From Calcarisporiella thermophila CBS 279.70 (Eukaryota; Fungi; Calcarisporiellomycota), in contig NW_027192206.1 of the NCBI RefSeq assembly GCF_041956535.1, positions 523,488 to 587,487 of the forward strand: a stretch of 64,000 bases of DNA, written 5' to 3'. Position numbers and translations under genes: made by a program. The stretch's first letter is position 1. Every line of letters starts with the position of its first letter. Under the pieces are notes generated by a model. It saw only the letters and a list, made by a program, of their open reading frames with translations. It was not told the origin of the DNA and did no database searches. Shown here piece after piece: positions 37,813 through 49,712 of this stretch.

Positions 37813-39826
37813 ATGTCAAAGCTGAACTACAACTTTGTGAAGAACTCCGAGAGCATCTGGTCCGGCGATGTGTAAGTGTGCCTGTCTGCTCTGTGATGGC
37901 CCCGCACCCTAACCTCCCTCTCGCCCGCTCTAGCTCCAATTTCTCGCTCATCTTCCGCCAGCAGCCTAAACAGGCCCGAGTGTGCAATTCCAAAGAAAGG
38001 GCGGATCGGCGTCCAATCGACCCCCCGCCCATCGTCCAGATCAAACTCGACGACGCAGGTGCCGAGGAGTCCCAGTATGTGTTGCCGGCTGCGCTGCTCT
38101 CCAAGTGGAAGAAGAACTCACCCTCTGCTTTCTTGTACCTAGGCGATTTCTGCAGAGCCCGAATTTTTTCATGTGCGCAGACATTGTCAGCGCAAAGGAG
38201 TACGCAAAGGACCCAGTCCTGGTGTCGCAGCGCCCGTTGGTAGGGAGCAACGTATCCTCACTGCACCGGCTGAAGGATATCGACAATACGGGTGAGTGAG
38301 CCGAAAGGGATCGCTCTGGCTAGAGCACTCTCGGTATTGACTCCTTTTTTTTTTCCCCACCTCTCTAGACGGCGGCTTCTTTGTTTTCGGTGATCTGTCG
38401 GTTAGAGTCGAAGGCAATTTCCGTCTTAAGCTGAATCTCTATCGGATCAAAGAGTAAGTGTCGAAGATGAATGGCGCTCTGATCTTCCAATCCTCCCCAC
38501 TTCATGGCCCTGTACTAATCATGGTCTTGATCAATAGTGAAGTGGCTATGCTCATCCAAACCATCTACTCCGAGCCCTTCACCGTGTACAGCGCCAAGGA
38601 ATTTCCGGGCATGGCCGAATCGACATTCCTTTCGAGATCCTTCTCTGATCAGGGGGTCAAACTGCGCATCCGGAAGGAGCACCGCATTCAACTCAAGCGA
38701 GCCGCGCCTCTTCTCTCTCCTCCCAGCGGCCACGACCAAGACGCCTCTGGCAAAATGAAGGTCAAAAGGCAGCGCTCCAACGACGATGTGATGAGTGAAG
38801 ATCGAGACTCTACTCCGCCTATGCCAACTCCGATTCCTACCCTGCCTCTCAACGCTGGCGAGCCCGGCCTCATTTCGCCAAGAGGTGGAATTGTGGAGGG
38901 ACACACTCGGCTGGGATATCCCTCCCCAATTTCCCCCGAATATTCGCGGCACTCTTTCTCGAGCCCCCACGGCCTCCCTACAGCAGGCCCCAGGGCAATG
39001 AGCCTCGATGCTGGCGTACGCTCCCTCCCACTTACCTCCTCCCTCTCCACCAGTGCTCCCTACCCGTCTCCTCTATGGGCCTCCGGCGCAGCGGGAGGTG
39101 CAGCGGGTAGGGATCTCTACGGCCAACCTTCGCAGCCGTCTTCTTACCCCCCCTCGTATTCCGAGCAGGGCCCGGCTCTGTCCGCGGCGGGTGCGCCCAT
39201 GCGTTCTCCTCCCACCTCTGCCTTCACCCAGCTGCACTCCTACTCCCAGCACCAGCAGCAGTATAGTTACGCCGGCCAGCCCACTCACCACGAGAGGCCC
39301 AGCTCGGCCGAACCGCTCCCCAAAGCCCTGAGTCCCATCGCGTCGGATGCGTTGTATCGCTCCAGCTCCGCTGGCTCGTCCTCTCACCCCTCCACCCCCT
39401 CCCGAACAACCCCCAGCTTTCCCCTCCAACCCTCTCAGTCTCTGCCACTATCCCCCCCCCTCGACCACCAACCTTCACCATCGGGATACCCCGCCTCATC
39501 CCCGTACGCTTCCCCCGCCTTCCCTTCTGCTTCACCCAGGCTTCCAGGAACACAAGTCCTTATATCCCTCTCGCTGGGGCGATCTAGGCAAGCCCGCCGC
39601 GCCCACCTCCCCCTCTGCTGCCGCGGTGAGGCTCCCGCCTCCCAGCATGATGTTGATGCAGCAGCAGCACGAGGAAGCAAACAAGAGGGAGGGTGGAGGC
39701 ATGCCCTTTCACTTGGCGTCGCCCATGATCACTTCCCCCCCCTCCACTACCCATCCAACCACCACCCAGTCCTCCTCCGCATTTCTCTCCATCTCTAATC
39801 TGCAGCATCCCATGGACGAACACTGA
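37813..39826 (+). CDS. Velvet-domain transcription regulator (VosA/VelC-like); C-terminal frame uncertain
   Basis: [11 protein letters not shown]...[13 protein letters not shown]...[14 protein letters not shown]...[23 protein letters not shown]...[36 protein letters not shown]; first exon from ATG 37813 joins in frame across intron 37872-37933. Confidence 0.9.
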
Positions 39827-40406
39827 ACTATTTATCAGGGGAAAAAAAAATGCGTATCGCCGGACTCCCTTCCTTATATGACTTAAATATTACCTAATGG
39901 ACTCCCAACGTTCTTATATTTCTTTTTACTATTCTTTTCGGCCTCCTGCTTGGATATTCTACAGAACCCCAGTATACATTCCCCCCCCACTGATGATGTA
40001 GATAAGTTTTATATTAATCCCTAATTTATCATTTTTTTATTCTCTTGTATATTTTTAGGTAATAGAAGATAAAATAATCTTAATAAACAAATTAATATAT
40101 ATATAATGAAACATGGCTTCTAACTAAGATATCAACTAGCAGATATCATGGTCACCAAATATGTATATAGAATAAAAGTAAAGGAGAGGGTAAATCCATC
40201 GGCGCTAGAGCAAGAAGACTGCATATAAAAAAAAAAGACTAGACCTAACCATGAAAGTATGTGAAATTAAAAATGATATTTACAAAGTCAAAAACATTGG
40301 GATTAAAATACAATTAGAAATTCAGCGTATGACATAGAGTACATTGGAATGAAGTGAAGCATGTGTAGGTGAGGCCCATGTTGTTCGCCCTTCTTTTTTC
40401 TTTCTT

Positions 40407-41834
40407 TTACTCCCTCAACCACTCCGTATCAAGAAGCTGGTCGATATCCCACCGCTTCTCAGGCTGAGTGTGGAATACCCCCGCTAACAGCTCCTTTAAT
40501 GCTCCACTCGCTCCCTCTGGCTCGGAATACCGGCCAGAGATGATTTGGAAATGCAAGCGCGGCTGGTACTCGTCGTGGAATGGCAAACGTCCCGTGACAA
40601 GAGCGTAGAGGACAACGCCCATGGCCCAGATGTCCACTTGGGGGCAGCGTAGCCGTGTAGGCGAACGAAGCTGCTCAGGCGAGGCATAGGGGAGAGACCC
40701 AACCACTGGCTCATCCCCCTCCTCCTCTCCCGCCCCCATCTCTTTAGGCTGTTCGCCATCGCCACAGCCACCACAGCCGCCTGCCTCATCCTTCCTCTTG
40801 GAACCTTCGTTGATGCTCCCCAGCAAAGCCCGCTCTGCTTCTGCGTCCCAGAACTCTGCTAAACCAAAGTCGCACAGGTGCACACTCCCATCGGTTCCAA
40901 GGAGGATATTCTCCAACTTGATGTCCTTGTGACACATGCGCACTTCACGGTGCAAATACCGCACTGCGCGGCACAGCTCCCGAAATATGCGTCGAGCCTC
41001 CACCTCGGAGAGCTGGCCTTTCCGATTAAGATAGGATAGCAAGTCTTCTTTGCACAGGTCCGTGAACAAGAACACGGATTCGTCCATAACGAGCACATCT
41101 CGCAAAGGAAGAATATTTTCGTTTCTCAGACATCGCCATATTCTTACTTCGCGCATGAGCGCCTTTTCGCCTCGTCCACCCTGTATCCGAACTATCTTCA
41201 CCGCTACGGGCTGGGCCACTGGGACCACAGGATACGCCTCTCTGACCACGCAGGATGCACCGTGTCCTATCAACGGCCCCAGAATATAGTCTCCCACCTG
41301 CTCTCCTTCGTCGTCGACTCGGGGAGAGATGGGGGCGCCTGCCAGGGCTGAGAGGTAATTGACCGCAGGCGAAGGGGGTAAATCACTGTAGGACGACGCA
41401 GTTACGTACGGAGTGGCTGATGTGGACTTTCGCCGAGGTAGAGGTACAGGGATGCCAGTTATGGGCTCGGGCTTACGAGAGAAATGGGCCCGGGCATCGG
41501 CCGGAGAGAGCCAAGGATCGGTCAATGTTCGCCTTTGACGATGGCCATGTTGCATGGTTTCGTCAGTCGCAGAAGAGATGGACGAAGAGGGTGAGACGCT
41601 ATGATCCGCCAAGGATCGGCCCTCCTCGATTGGATAAGGATGGGAGTCTGTAGGAGAGGCAAAATAGGAGGGGATCTGGATGTTGAGCGGTTGATGAGGC
41701 AGAAACGGCTGTGAATTGCGCAAATCATTAGCGCCGGTTATGATCTCGAATGGATTGATGAGTTTCCCACTAGCCCATTCTTCGCCTTTCTTTCTCCGTG
41801 CGGCCTCCTGCTGTTGCTGATAATATCCCTTCAT
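40407..41834 (-). CDS. Ser/Thr protein kinase (CAMK-like/CAMKL group), intronless
   Basis: IGHGASCVV, VAVK, HKDIKLENILL, DFG, GSLPYASPE, DIWAMGVVLYALVTGRLPF; likely start MKGYY at 41834. Confidence 0.9.
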   Translation of the reverse strand: MKGYYQQQQEAARRKKGEEWASGKLINPFEIITGANDLRNSQPFLPHQPLNIQIPSYFASPTDSHPYPIEEGRSLADHSVSPSSSISSATDETMQHGHRQRRTLTDPWLSPADARAHFSRKPEPITGIPVPLPRRKSTSATPYVTASSYSDLPPSPAVNYLSALAGAPISPRVDDEGEQVGDYILGPLIGHGASCVVREAYPVVPVAQPVAVKIVRIQGGRGEKALMREVRIWRCLRNENILPLRDVLVMDESVFLFTDLCKEDLLSYLNRKGQLSEVEARRIFRELCRAVRYLHREVRMCHKDIKLENILLGTDGSVHLCDFGLAEFWDAEAERALLGSINEGSKRKDEAGGCGGCGDGEQPKEMGAGEEEGDEPVVGSLPYASPEQLRSPTRLRCPQVDIWAMGVVLYALVTGRLPFHDEYQPRLHFQIISGRYSEPEGASGALKELLAGVFHTQPEKRWDIDQLLDTEWLRE

Positions 41835-43249
41835 GGAGGATATTAAACGCGGAGTTGACAATGGGAATGATTTGTTGCGTTTTAGAGATAAGATGGATGC
41901 TTGATTGTGACCGTTGGACAGGCCGGTTTGAGAGCTTTTGTAGATAACGAAATAAATAAATGCGGTTTGAAGTGTCTTTGGCCGCCTTACGAGGGAGAGA
42001 AAGGAGGAGGAATATAAATATACGAAAAAAATGCGGATCCCGCTGATAAGCGATAAATCGTGACGTCGTTTTGCATATCGAACCAAACAAGTTTAGTGCC
42101 ATTTAGAGTTTCCAGAGGGCAGCAGAGCTTAAATAAGACTTATTGCAGGACGCCCTCTGCCTCCACCCCCCTCGCGGCTCATCGCCACAGCCCAGCGGCC
42201 CCAACCTCGCCTCCGCGCTCCACTTCAACAGTCCCCCTCCTTCGCCTCCTCCTCCTCCTCCTCGGCTCTTCTTCCCCTCGACCCGCGCTTCCCCGCATGA
42301 TTTAGAGCTGAGATATGGGAAAAGTCACATGATGCTTATTTGGACAATTAGGGTTCTGGTGTTGCACTTTTCTAAAATGATAATAAGCGTTGTAGAACAT
42401 TCGTCCGATTTTGTGACTGCGGCACGCAGCGGGTTTGGATCCCAATTTCATCTTCCCGGTTTAAGTAAGCCTGCTGACTTTATCCGTCTAAGCGCGTCTA
42501 TTTGAAAAAGGGAGCCCGAGAAAAGCTATCAAAACTCACGGCTGGCGTGAGGAGTCATCTTGCCTGCCATTGGTAAGATAAGTGTAGGCCATTGATTCAA
42601 TAAAAGTGGGTTTCTGCAGAGTGAGGTAATACGCAGCACCTCTCCCTCGAGAGAGAAGGAGGGTAAGGTTGTTCTGGTTACTCAAAGTGACTCTTATCTT
42701 CTATTTCTTGTTGATTCCACATTCAACCTTCACGGCGGTATTGAACTATCACCTTCACTTGTATCCTCGAAATCGATGAATTAATGAAATCCTCCTCTTC
42801 CCTCGAACTCAACTTTGCCTGGCCAATAAGGCGCCCTATAGGGAGAGATAAGTGAGGCACGGTCAAATTGGAAGTTGCTTACCAAATTGCAGAATTAAAT
42901 CTTATGGAATGATTTAATTAAGTTATCTAACTTTGAGAGTAAAATCAGTTTAGTCAAGCCTCTCTGCATTTGCTTTTGTTATTTTTCTATATTTACAATT
43001 CTAGTTGAGTGGGCGGCTATTTTGATGGTATCGACCACATTGGCTTGCATTATTGAAGTTGGCTTCATCTATAGCCTTTTTATTTATTCTTAATTTCAAG
43101 CTATCGGAGTGAGCATTCGATGACAAAAAAGTGCAGCACTGATAGATCAATCTTTGGTCAGGGATAAAATAATTTAGCAAAAGACGATTAATAATTCAAA
43201 GAGCACTAAATAAATTCTTTAATGAAAGGGTGAGTCTACTTTCGCAGGT

Positions 43250-45588
43250 TCAAAAATAGCTACCATTGGATAGTTTGGCGCTCGTAATGAAATCGAACCC
43301 TTCGATGTCTGCAACCGATGCTACCTCAAAATTCACCTCCCTGGTATGGTGCCCGTCAGAGTAGATAAAGGTAGAGCACTCTTCTATATGTATATACTGT
43401 TCCTGCTCGAGTATTTCCGCATATGAGGCGGGTCGGAGTAGGAACACTATTCGGAGCTTGGTGAAATCGTCATCGATGTAGTGTTCGCAGAGCATGCATG
43501 CCTCGTATATATTCCAGGTTTTGAGCTCTTCTATGAATTTTTCGGGGGAGGTCATTTTGACTTGCAAAAGCACCAGCTCGTCAGACTGGGCACTGGGGCC
43601 ACGGTGGAGAATCGCATAATTAATCGCCTTATAAGTCTCAGTTGCGGGTATAAGAAGGTAATTCTTAGACCTCTGTTCAAGGGTATCAAATAGGTGATTA
43701 AAAAGTTTGGGATGGCGTGCGAACGGGTTGACTGAAGAAATATCTATAGTGTCCACACTGTCTTCTTCCAAGGAGTAAAGGTCTTTCTGAAATTAGATCG
43801 CTAAAATCGATATGCCCTTTAGTATGGATGAGGTTGGACTTGTCGTCTTGCTCCAACTTAACCGTGTCAAATTTGATACACCTAGAGGTTTTGGCTTTTT
43901 ATAAAAGGAGCCATTCGACTTCCTGACAAAATCCAGGGCCCACCATACTACCATCAAATGTGGGCGATCCGAGTGATTTGAGAAGGTCATTGAAATGGCG
44001 GCCGTAGTAGGCTCGAACCCCTTCTTTAAAGACCGGATTGAAAAACTTGATTTCAGCGTAGCAAGATGTAGGCGATAGTATCTCGTACATTTACTTCCGG
44101 TCGATTGTGTAAGAACCAGCTTCAATACCAATATCCATGATCGCGGCTATTGCAGCTACCTTCACCTTATCTACATCAACCAACCCAAAATTTCCTTTCA
44201 AAAATTTTAAGTGGTTTTCTTCAATTTCTCCACGAGCACTAGTAAGGAAAGCTTTTGCACGAGCCTTAACCCTGCGGAGGCGAATGGATTCTGAGACTTG
44301 GCTCAAATATCCTCTTTTGGCCAATGAGATAAGATGCTCGCAGAGTCCAGAGAGCAAGTATGGGTAAAACAGGGTAATCTCTCGCATCACATCCAGCACT
44401 TGTTCAGTTGGAAATGCGGCACACTTGCTTGGAGTGGTGTCAATAACCCATGCGACATCGGCAAATCTCTTTTCGATGAAGACTTTAGCTTCGGTATCAT
44501 TAAAAGGAGTCATAAACTGGTATGGCTTGAAACCACTTATCCCATATGGGGGTGTAATTGCGTTGTTGCTAGATGCGCACAGAACCACCACGCGTCCAAA
44601 CAGTCTAAGAACTGTCTGGTAGACTACAAAAGGGTACTCAACCTTGTCTTCCTTCAACTCTTCGAGGTTATCAATAATCCAGATTGGGATCAACTTCTCA
44701 TCGGTGCATAGGTTGTTGAGTTTGTTAAGAAAGATACCAGTTTCTTCGTTTAGGTCGTATTTCCGATAGCTGTATGATACATCGTAGAACTCTTTGACAA
44801 GAGAATGTACTTCACTGTCATCTGGAAAAGCCATGATAATATCACGCAGAAGGAACCGAAACCTTTTGCCGTAGCTCTTAAGAGCATACCAAGTTTTACA
44901 ATCATTGATATATATTACTCGGTAGGTAGGCTCTGTTAGTCGAAGATAGGTGGCAATCTGGAGCAACACGTGGCTTTTGCCAACACCATGTGGACCATGG
45001 ACATAGATTCCCTTGAGGTCACTAGGGCCAACGGCAAAATTAGTAGAAGTTGAAGCAGTACCACTCCCAGCAGTGGTTCGCTGACGGTACGCGGTTGAAA
45101 ACGCCATAGCTAAAAGGGCTTCTTTTTCTAAAAACAAGCCAGAGTTTTCGAGTATAACTTGCCTACTATTCGCTATGTGTTTCGCACGTAAAATTATTTC
45201 ATTAAGTATGGGTTCGGCCGCCTTAAAACGATACAGCGTCTCGTATAATGTGAGGGAATTGCCAATGACTGGCACCGATAGAAAATCGTTTGAAATTTCT
45301 TCATGGGCGCAGTTGACAATTCTAGTAAATTTACATTCATGAAAATCAGTCGCTTTGGTCCTGGAAATAGCATCTTTGCGCATGCTTGAGGATAATATAA
45401 CGTCGTCGATTTCTAATCATTAAAAGCATAGAAGAAAATTGTACTAAATTAGTTAGGGTCGCCAATGTAGTATCGAGCGAGAGGAGGAGGAAATGTGGAG
45501 TTGGAAGATACCTTTACTAAGAGCGTCGTATTCACTTGCGCTCGATTCAGTATCCTCATATGTTCTTTTCGATGGCACCCACGGCATG
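43250..45588 (-). pseudogene. Disrupted Crinkler(CRN)-like P-loop NTPase + restriction-endonuclease-fold gene
   Basis: Walker A GPHGVGKS followed by RVIYINDC..W and Walker-B-like WIIDN; C-terminal YLLIP....YKAINY....LVLLQVK resembles the CR-REase P..N..ID...Q motif. TAA stops at 44091-44093 and 43899-43901, plus a frame change near 43800. Confidence 0.6.
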
Positions 45589-45899
45589 TGCAAGTAACGA
45601 TGCAATTGTGAGCTAGATTTGAACGACTTAAGAAAGCAGAGAAAGACGGCCCATCCAACATTTTTGCAAGCTATATATACAAAAAAGAGAAAATAAAGGA
45701 GGAAAAGTGGGAGGAAAGATGAAAGAAAAGGTGGTAACAATGGCGGAGGGAGTGAAACCAGCAGTGAAAACTAGGCAAAAGACTAGCGCTATGTATTGAA
45801 CTTAATCCAACTTTTGCTGACAGACTGATTCGATACTAGTGTAAAAACAGACCTATCGTAATCTCCAAGTCTTCCATAACCGAAAAAAGATTTCGATTT

Positions 45900-47045
45900 G
45901 TTGCCCGAAATCAGTAGACGGATGTCATCTATGGTTATTCATATTCCCAGGTCTAAGTCATACTCAACATCGGTAACAAGGAAATCAGCAGTTCGTCCCT
46001 AAAGACTCTCCGATATTAGTTTTAATATCCATTACTTCACCGTAGCATTTCTACTTCGATACATAGCCCAATTCCAACAGCAACTTCTTGAACACCCAGA
46101 CCCAAATTCTCCGCAAATTGTTGTCGAATGAAACTATCCGTTGAGACGTTGTTTACTAGGATTCTTGCCGGCACGCTATTCATAATTGCATCGTTTCGGA
46201 ATAAACTATGTTTTCTTGAATCACTCCGTCGTTTTTTTTTCCCAATTTTTTTCGATGATTTTCTCTTTATTCGTCTGACCTCTCTTGTCCGCTTTGCTTG
46301 AATCAGAGTTGTTTGTTGATATCGTGTCCTGTGCTGGCTGTGATCTTTGAGTTCTTTTCTTATTTGGGCAATTTTTGGCAATTTGATGTCTTTCGCCGCA
46401 ATTGAAACACATACCGAACCGTAGGAACTATTGCTTTTGCTTCAAGTTCATTGTTCTTTACGAGAAACATTGTTGAGTTCCATTGTTGTCGTACTATTAT
46501 CCTTGTCGATATTCCGGTTAATTCTTACATTACTGTCGGAATTTGTTGAAAATGTCATACCCCAGTTAACAGTTGTATCATTAGGAACCTCTAATTCAAC
46601 TGCTTCTTAGAGGGTTTTGACAACCTTGTACTGACTTGTATTCTAACTCTGGACTTAAGGCCACTAATAAACATCGTCATCGTCTGCTTGTTGTCATAAG
46701 AATCCAACTAAACAAGGATGTTGCGGAATTGGAAGACGTAATCTTGAATGCTTGGCGAAGTGATGTAAGCTGATTACACAGGACATTTGATAATCAGCAG
46801 GTTCGGAAACCGCTATAAGTTCATTGCCAAAATCTAGCCATATATTTGGTGTATCTGTGCCGAACTTATTTGATTGATACCACTGGTTTGAGGTATCCCT
46901 AAGTACGAAGCAACTATAAAACCTTTCGTTCTTCCGGAATTCTCATTGCTTCAAATAGTGTATCTACTTGCCCAATCCACCTTTGCGCATTTTTTCCGCT
47001 TCGGCCATGAAATGGTGGCAAAGGAATTGAAATAAAGCCTTTTTT
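45900..47045 (-). mobile_element. Degenerate Ty3/gypsy LTR-retrotransposon gag + protease relic
   Basis: PPFHGRSGKNAQRWIGQVDTLFEA; SIQDYVFQFRNIL; FISGLKSRVR; zinc knuckle CFNCGERHQIAKNCP; decayed aspartic-protease region ARILVNNVSTDSFI; many frameshifts and stops. Confidence 0.8.
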
Positions 47046-47757
47046 GAAGCTTTACAAGGTAGTTGAGGTCATGTTTACAACGAGAGAAGTTATCTGCGAC
47101 AGGAAAACTTCAAGAGATTTTTGATTCACCGTATTTTTCCCACTTAATAACACAGAATAATAATAAATAATAATGTATTTTTTCTTGTTCATAGCTACCA
47201 AAATGTAGTGATCACAATTGTAATAAGTACTGTAATAGTAGTATAATAGTACTTGAAAATGAGTTCGGTTCAATTTCGATACTTTCTTCATTTTACTGTA
47301 GTTTTCTAAATTCCTAATTAATTGTTTGTATGAACTGTATTATAAGATCTTATCGAATTGGAATTAACTATTTATGGGATTTTTATAATCGAATTACTTT
47401 TAGGATTCTTTTAAGAATCGAACTTTGTTTAATAAACACTAATATCATCCGAACCTTACTTTTGTTTATATCAACGACTCAATTCACAAGAACTATGATT
47501 TTTATTACATTTGAAGTTCGATTTAATTATTTACGACGAGAATAACCTTAAAAGGGCTTCATATAACAAGGATCAGAAATTATGTGCAAATAAACTATCC
47601 TATTGCTACAATTCTCGTCTCTTTACAATATAAATCCATTTAGGATAGAATATCAATCAATATATATTTTCCCTTAATTTTCTCTTGTTAACTTTCTCCT
47701 TTGGTTTTATGATTTCTTTTTGTGGCCAAGTTCACGCTTCAGTTTTCAATAGTTCGC

Positions 47758-48342
47758 TTACTCTTCCATCGAAATAACCCCGCGAGCAAGTAGAACACGT
47801 TTGATACGTTCTGTAATATTTGTTCCAAGTCTCTTATCCAGCTCCTTGTATGTCTCGATCAGATACAGAGCTTCTTCTTCCGTTTCAACAAGAGATTCTG
47901 CACCCGGAAACGTGGTGGTGAGATAATTCTTATCTAGAGTACTGTATTTCTTCCACAGGTACGGATACACAGTCTCGTTTTTCTCCAGATAATCTTTGAT
48001 TTGGACTCGGAAAAATCGTTGGAGTCTGCGCGGGGTCAAATCATCTGGTGCTATTTTTGATTGCAAGCTCAAATCATCCTTAACGCCAAACTCTTTGTAC
48101 ACGGATTTGACGTCGATTTTCTCGCCATTCATTTCAAACTCTCCAAATACTTTGTTACCGGAGCCGGTAATCGCAGTCTGGAGTGCACAGAACATCAGAA
48201 TTTTCATCCCGTTCTTTGCTTTTATAGTTTCGTAGATTTCCTGATCGGAATACGAATCGGTGCTGATGGGCTTGAGGTCAGAATGGTCTGTAAGATTAAC
48301 AAGCTCGGAAAGCCGTTGCTGGCTAAGATACCGTTCTGTCAT
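47758..48342 (-). CDS. Intact intronless 194-aa ORF, putative viral nucleocapsid-like protein (candidate endogenous viral element)
   Basis: Uninterrupted ORF in AT-rich flanks; motifs DDLTPRRLQRFFR and FPGAESLV resemble the orthobunyavirus-type N motifs (LTxHRL...FPGxEMF) in order. Family call from memory only. Confidence 0.6.
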   Translation of the reverse strand: MTERYLSQQRLSELVNLTDHSDLKPISTDSYSDQEIYETIKAKNGMKILMFCALQTAITGSGNKVFGEFEMNGEKIDVKSVYKEFGVKDDLSLQSKIAPDDLTPRRLQRFFRVQIKDYLEKNETVYPYLWKKYSTLDKNYLTTTFPGAESLVETEEEALYLIETYKELDKRLGTNITERIKRVLLARGVISMEE

Positions 48343-49029
48343 TGTTTAGTATACTACTAACTCAATTTTATACTAATAGGTGCAATGTTGCTTGTTTATA
48401 AGACTCAATAAATATAGTAAATTGGTGAGGAGCAATATATCAAAATAAAGGATTTAATAGTCAAAGAAAATGATCTGATGATCTTATAATGTAATAGGAT
48501 GGTTCATCAGCATAATTTTGATTCTCATATTATGAACCCTGGCTATTATCTGGGAAACATTTGTAATATGTAACCAGACGGCTCACTTGCATTTTTCTCA
48601 TGAATGAAGATAAGGTTTCTGTTTTTAAGCTTGGGACTGCTTAAAAATTATTTTCTTGTCTTTTGGTGAAGTATGGTCTGAGATTTTTCTTCATTTCTTA
48701 TTTAAATCTACCTTAACTTCTTTATCCTCATTGATATTTTATATTTATTAAGGTGAGTATCTCCTGTTTACTTCGTTATTGTTATGATATTAATAAAGAC
48801 CAATCTCTTATTTTCATTATTGCGTTTGACTACGATCTACAGCCCAATGAGTGTGGAACCATTCGCATAATTTAAGTTTGTCCGTGATTTACAGCCAAAT
48901 GCAATGCAACAACACAGTAGCATATGGAAATGTGTTACGTTGTCTGATAAAGAATATAATGGACCAATAAAACATAGATCTCATTAGGGAGATGGAATAT
49001 GGAGATCACTATGACTCGTGCGCATGACT

Positions 49030-49712
49030 AGTTATGAATGAATATCTCACACATTCGCCAACTCGTCAGACAAGTATATGGGACTAATCTAATGACTTTT
49101 TTTGTCAGTGAATGTCGAAATCCCACTATTCCGATGTGGTTTCTTATCTCTTAGCTTATGGATTATATATAATTGAGCTGATAGGAGAGTTTTGCATTGA
49201 GATGTCGAAGTTTCTACATGGGTCTGATCACCCAAATGTAGCCTTATCTTTGAACAAGCTAGCAGAGCTCTATCGCCATCAAGGCAGGTGTTACCGGGGC
49301 TTTGAAATAGAGAGAAAGATTTATTACGATCTTAATTGTACAGTAAGTATCATCCTAAGTAATACCTACTAGAGGAAGGAAAGGTTTTGATGGTGGTTTT
49401 TAGGAAACTATTAATAAGTGATGGTGTATCGATTGCACTAAAAATGAGAGCTCAAGGATGGATCTTCGCAGAGTTATTGGCTCTCAAAAATTTTGCTATA
49501 ATACTAGAGATGTATATCCAAATAGTTTGGCTCAGGCTAATTTCTTAATTATTATTACTTAATCTCCGAATCTGTCTGATTTTTGGTGCATAAACCTCCC
49601 ATATAGCCATCTCTTTGTGCAACCTAGCAATACTCTATACTCCACTGGGCAAATATGACAAAGCAGTACCATTTATTCAATAATTGCAGGAGATTTGGAA
49701 GAGTTTGGGACA
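49030..49712 (+). pseudogene. TPR (kinesin-light-chain/NLR-type) gene relic 1, truncated by integrase sequence
   Basis: LHGSDHPNVALSLNKLAELYRHQGR; AISLCNLAILYTPLGKYDKAVP; stops and frameshifts; 5' part similar to 51570-51830. Confidence 0.7.

Noticed and set aside
43793-44093. TAA read-through or an alternative genetic code in the CRN-like gene
   Set aside because: Neighbouring genes use TAA as a normal stop and a frame change is also needed; pseudogenisation is simpler.
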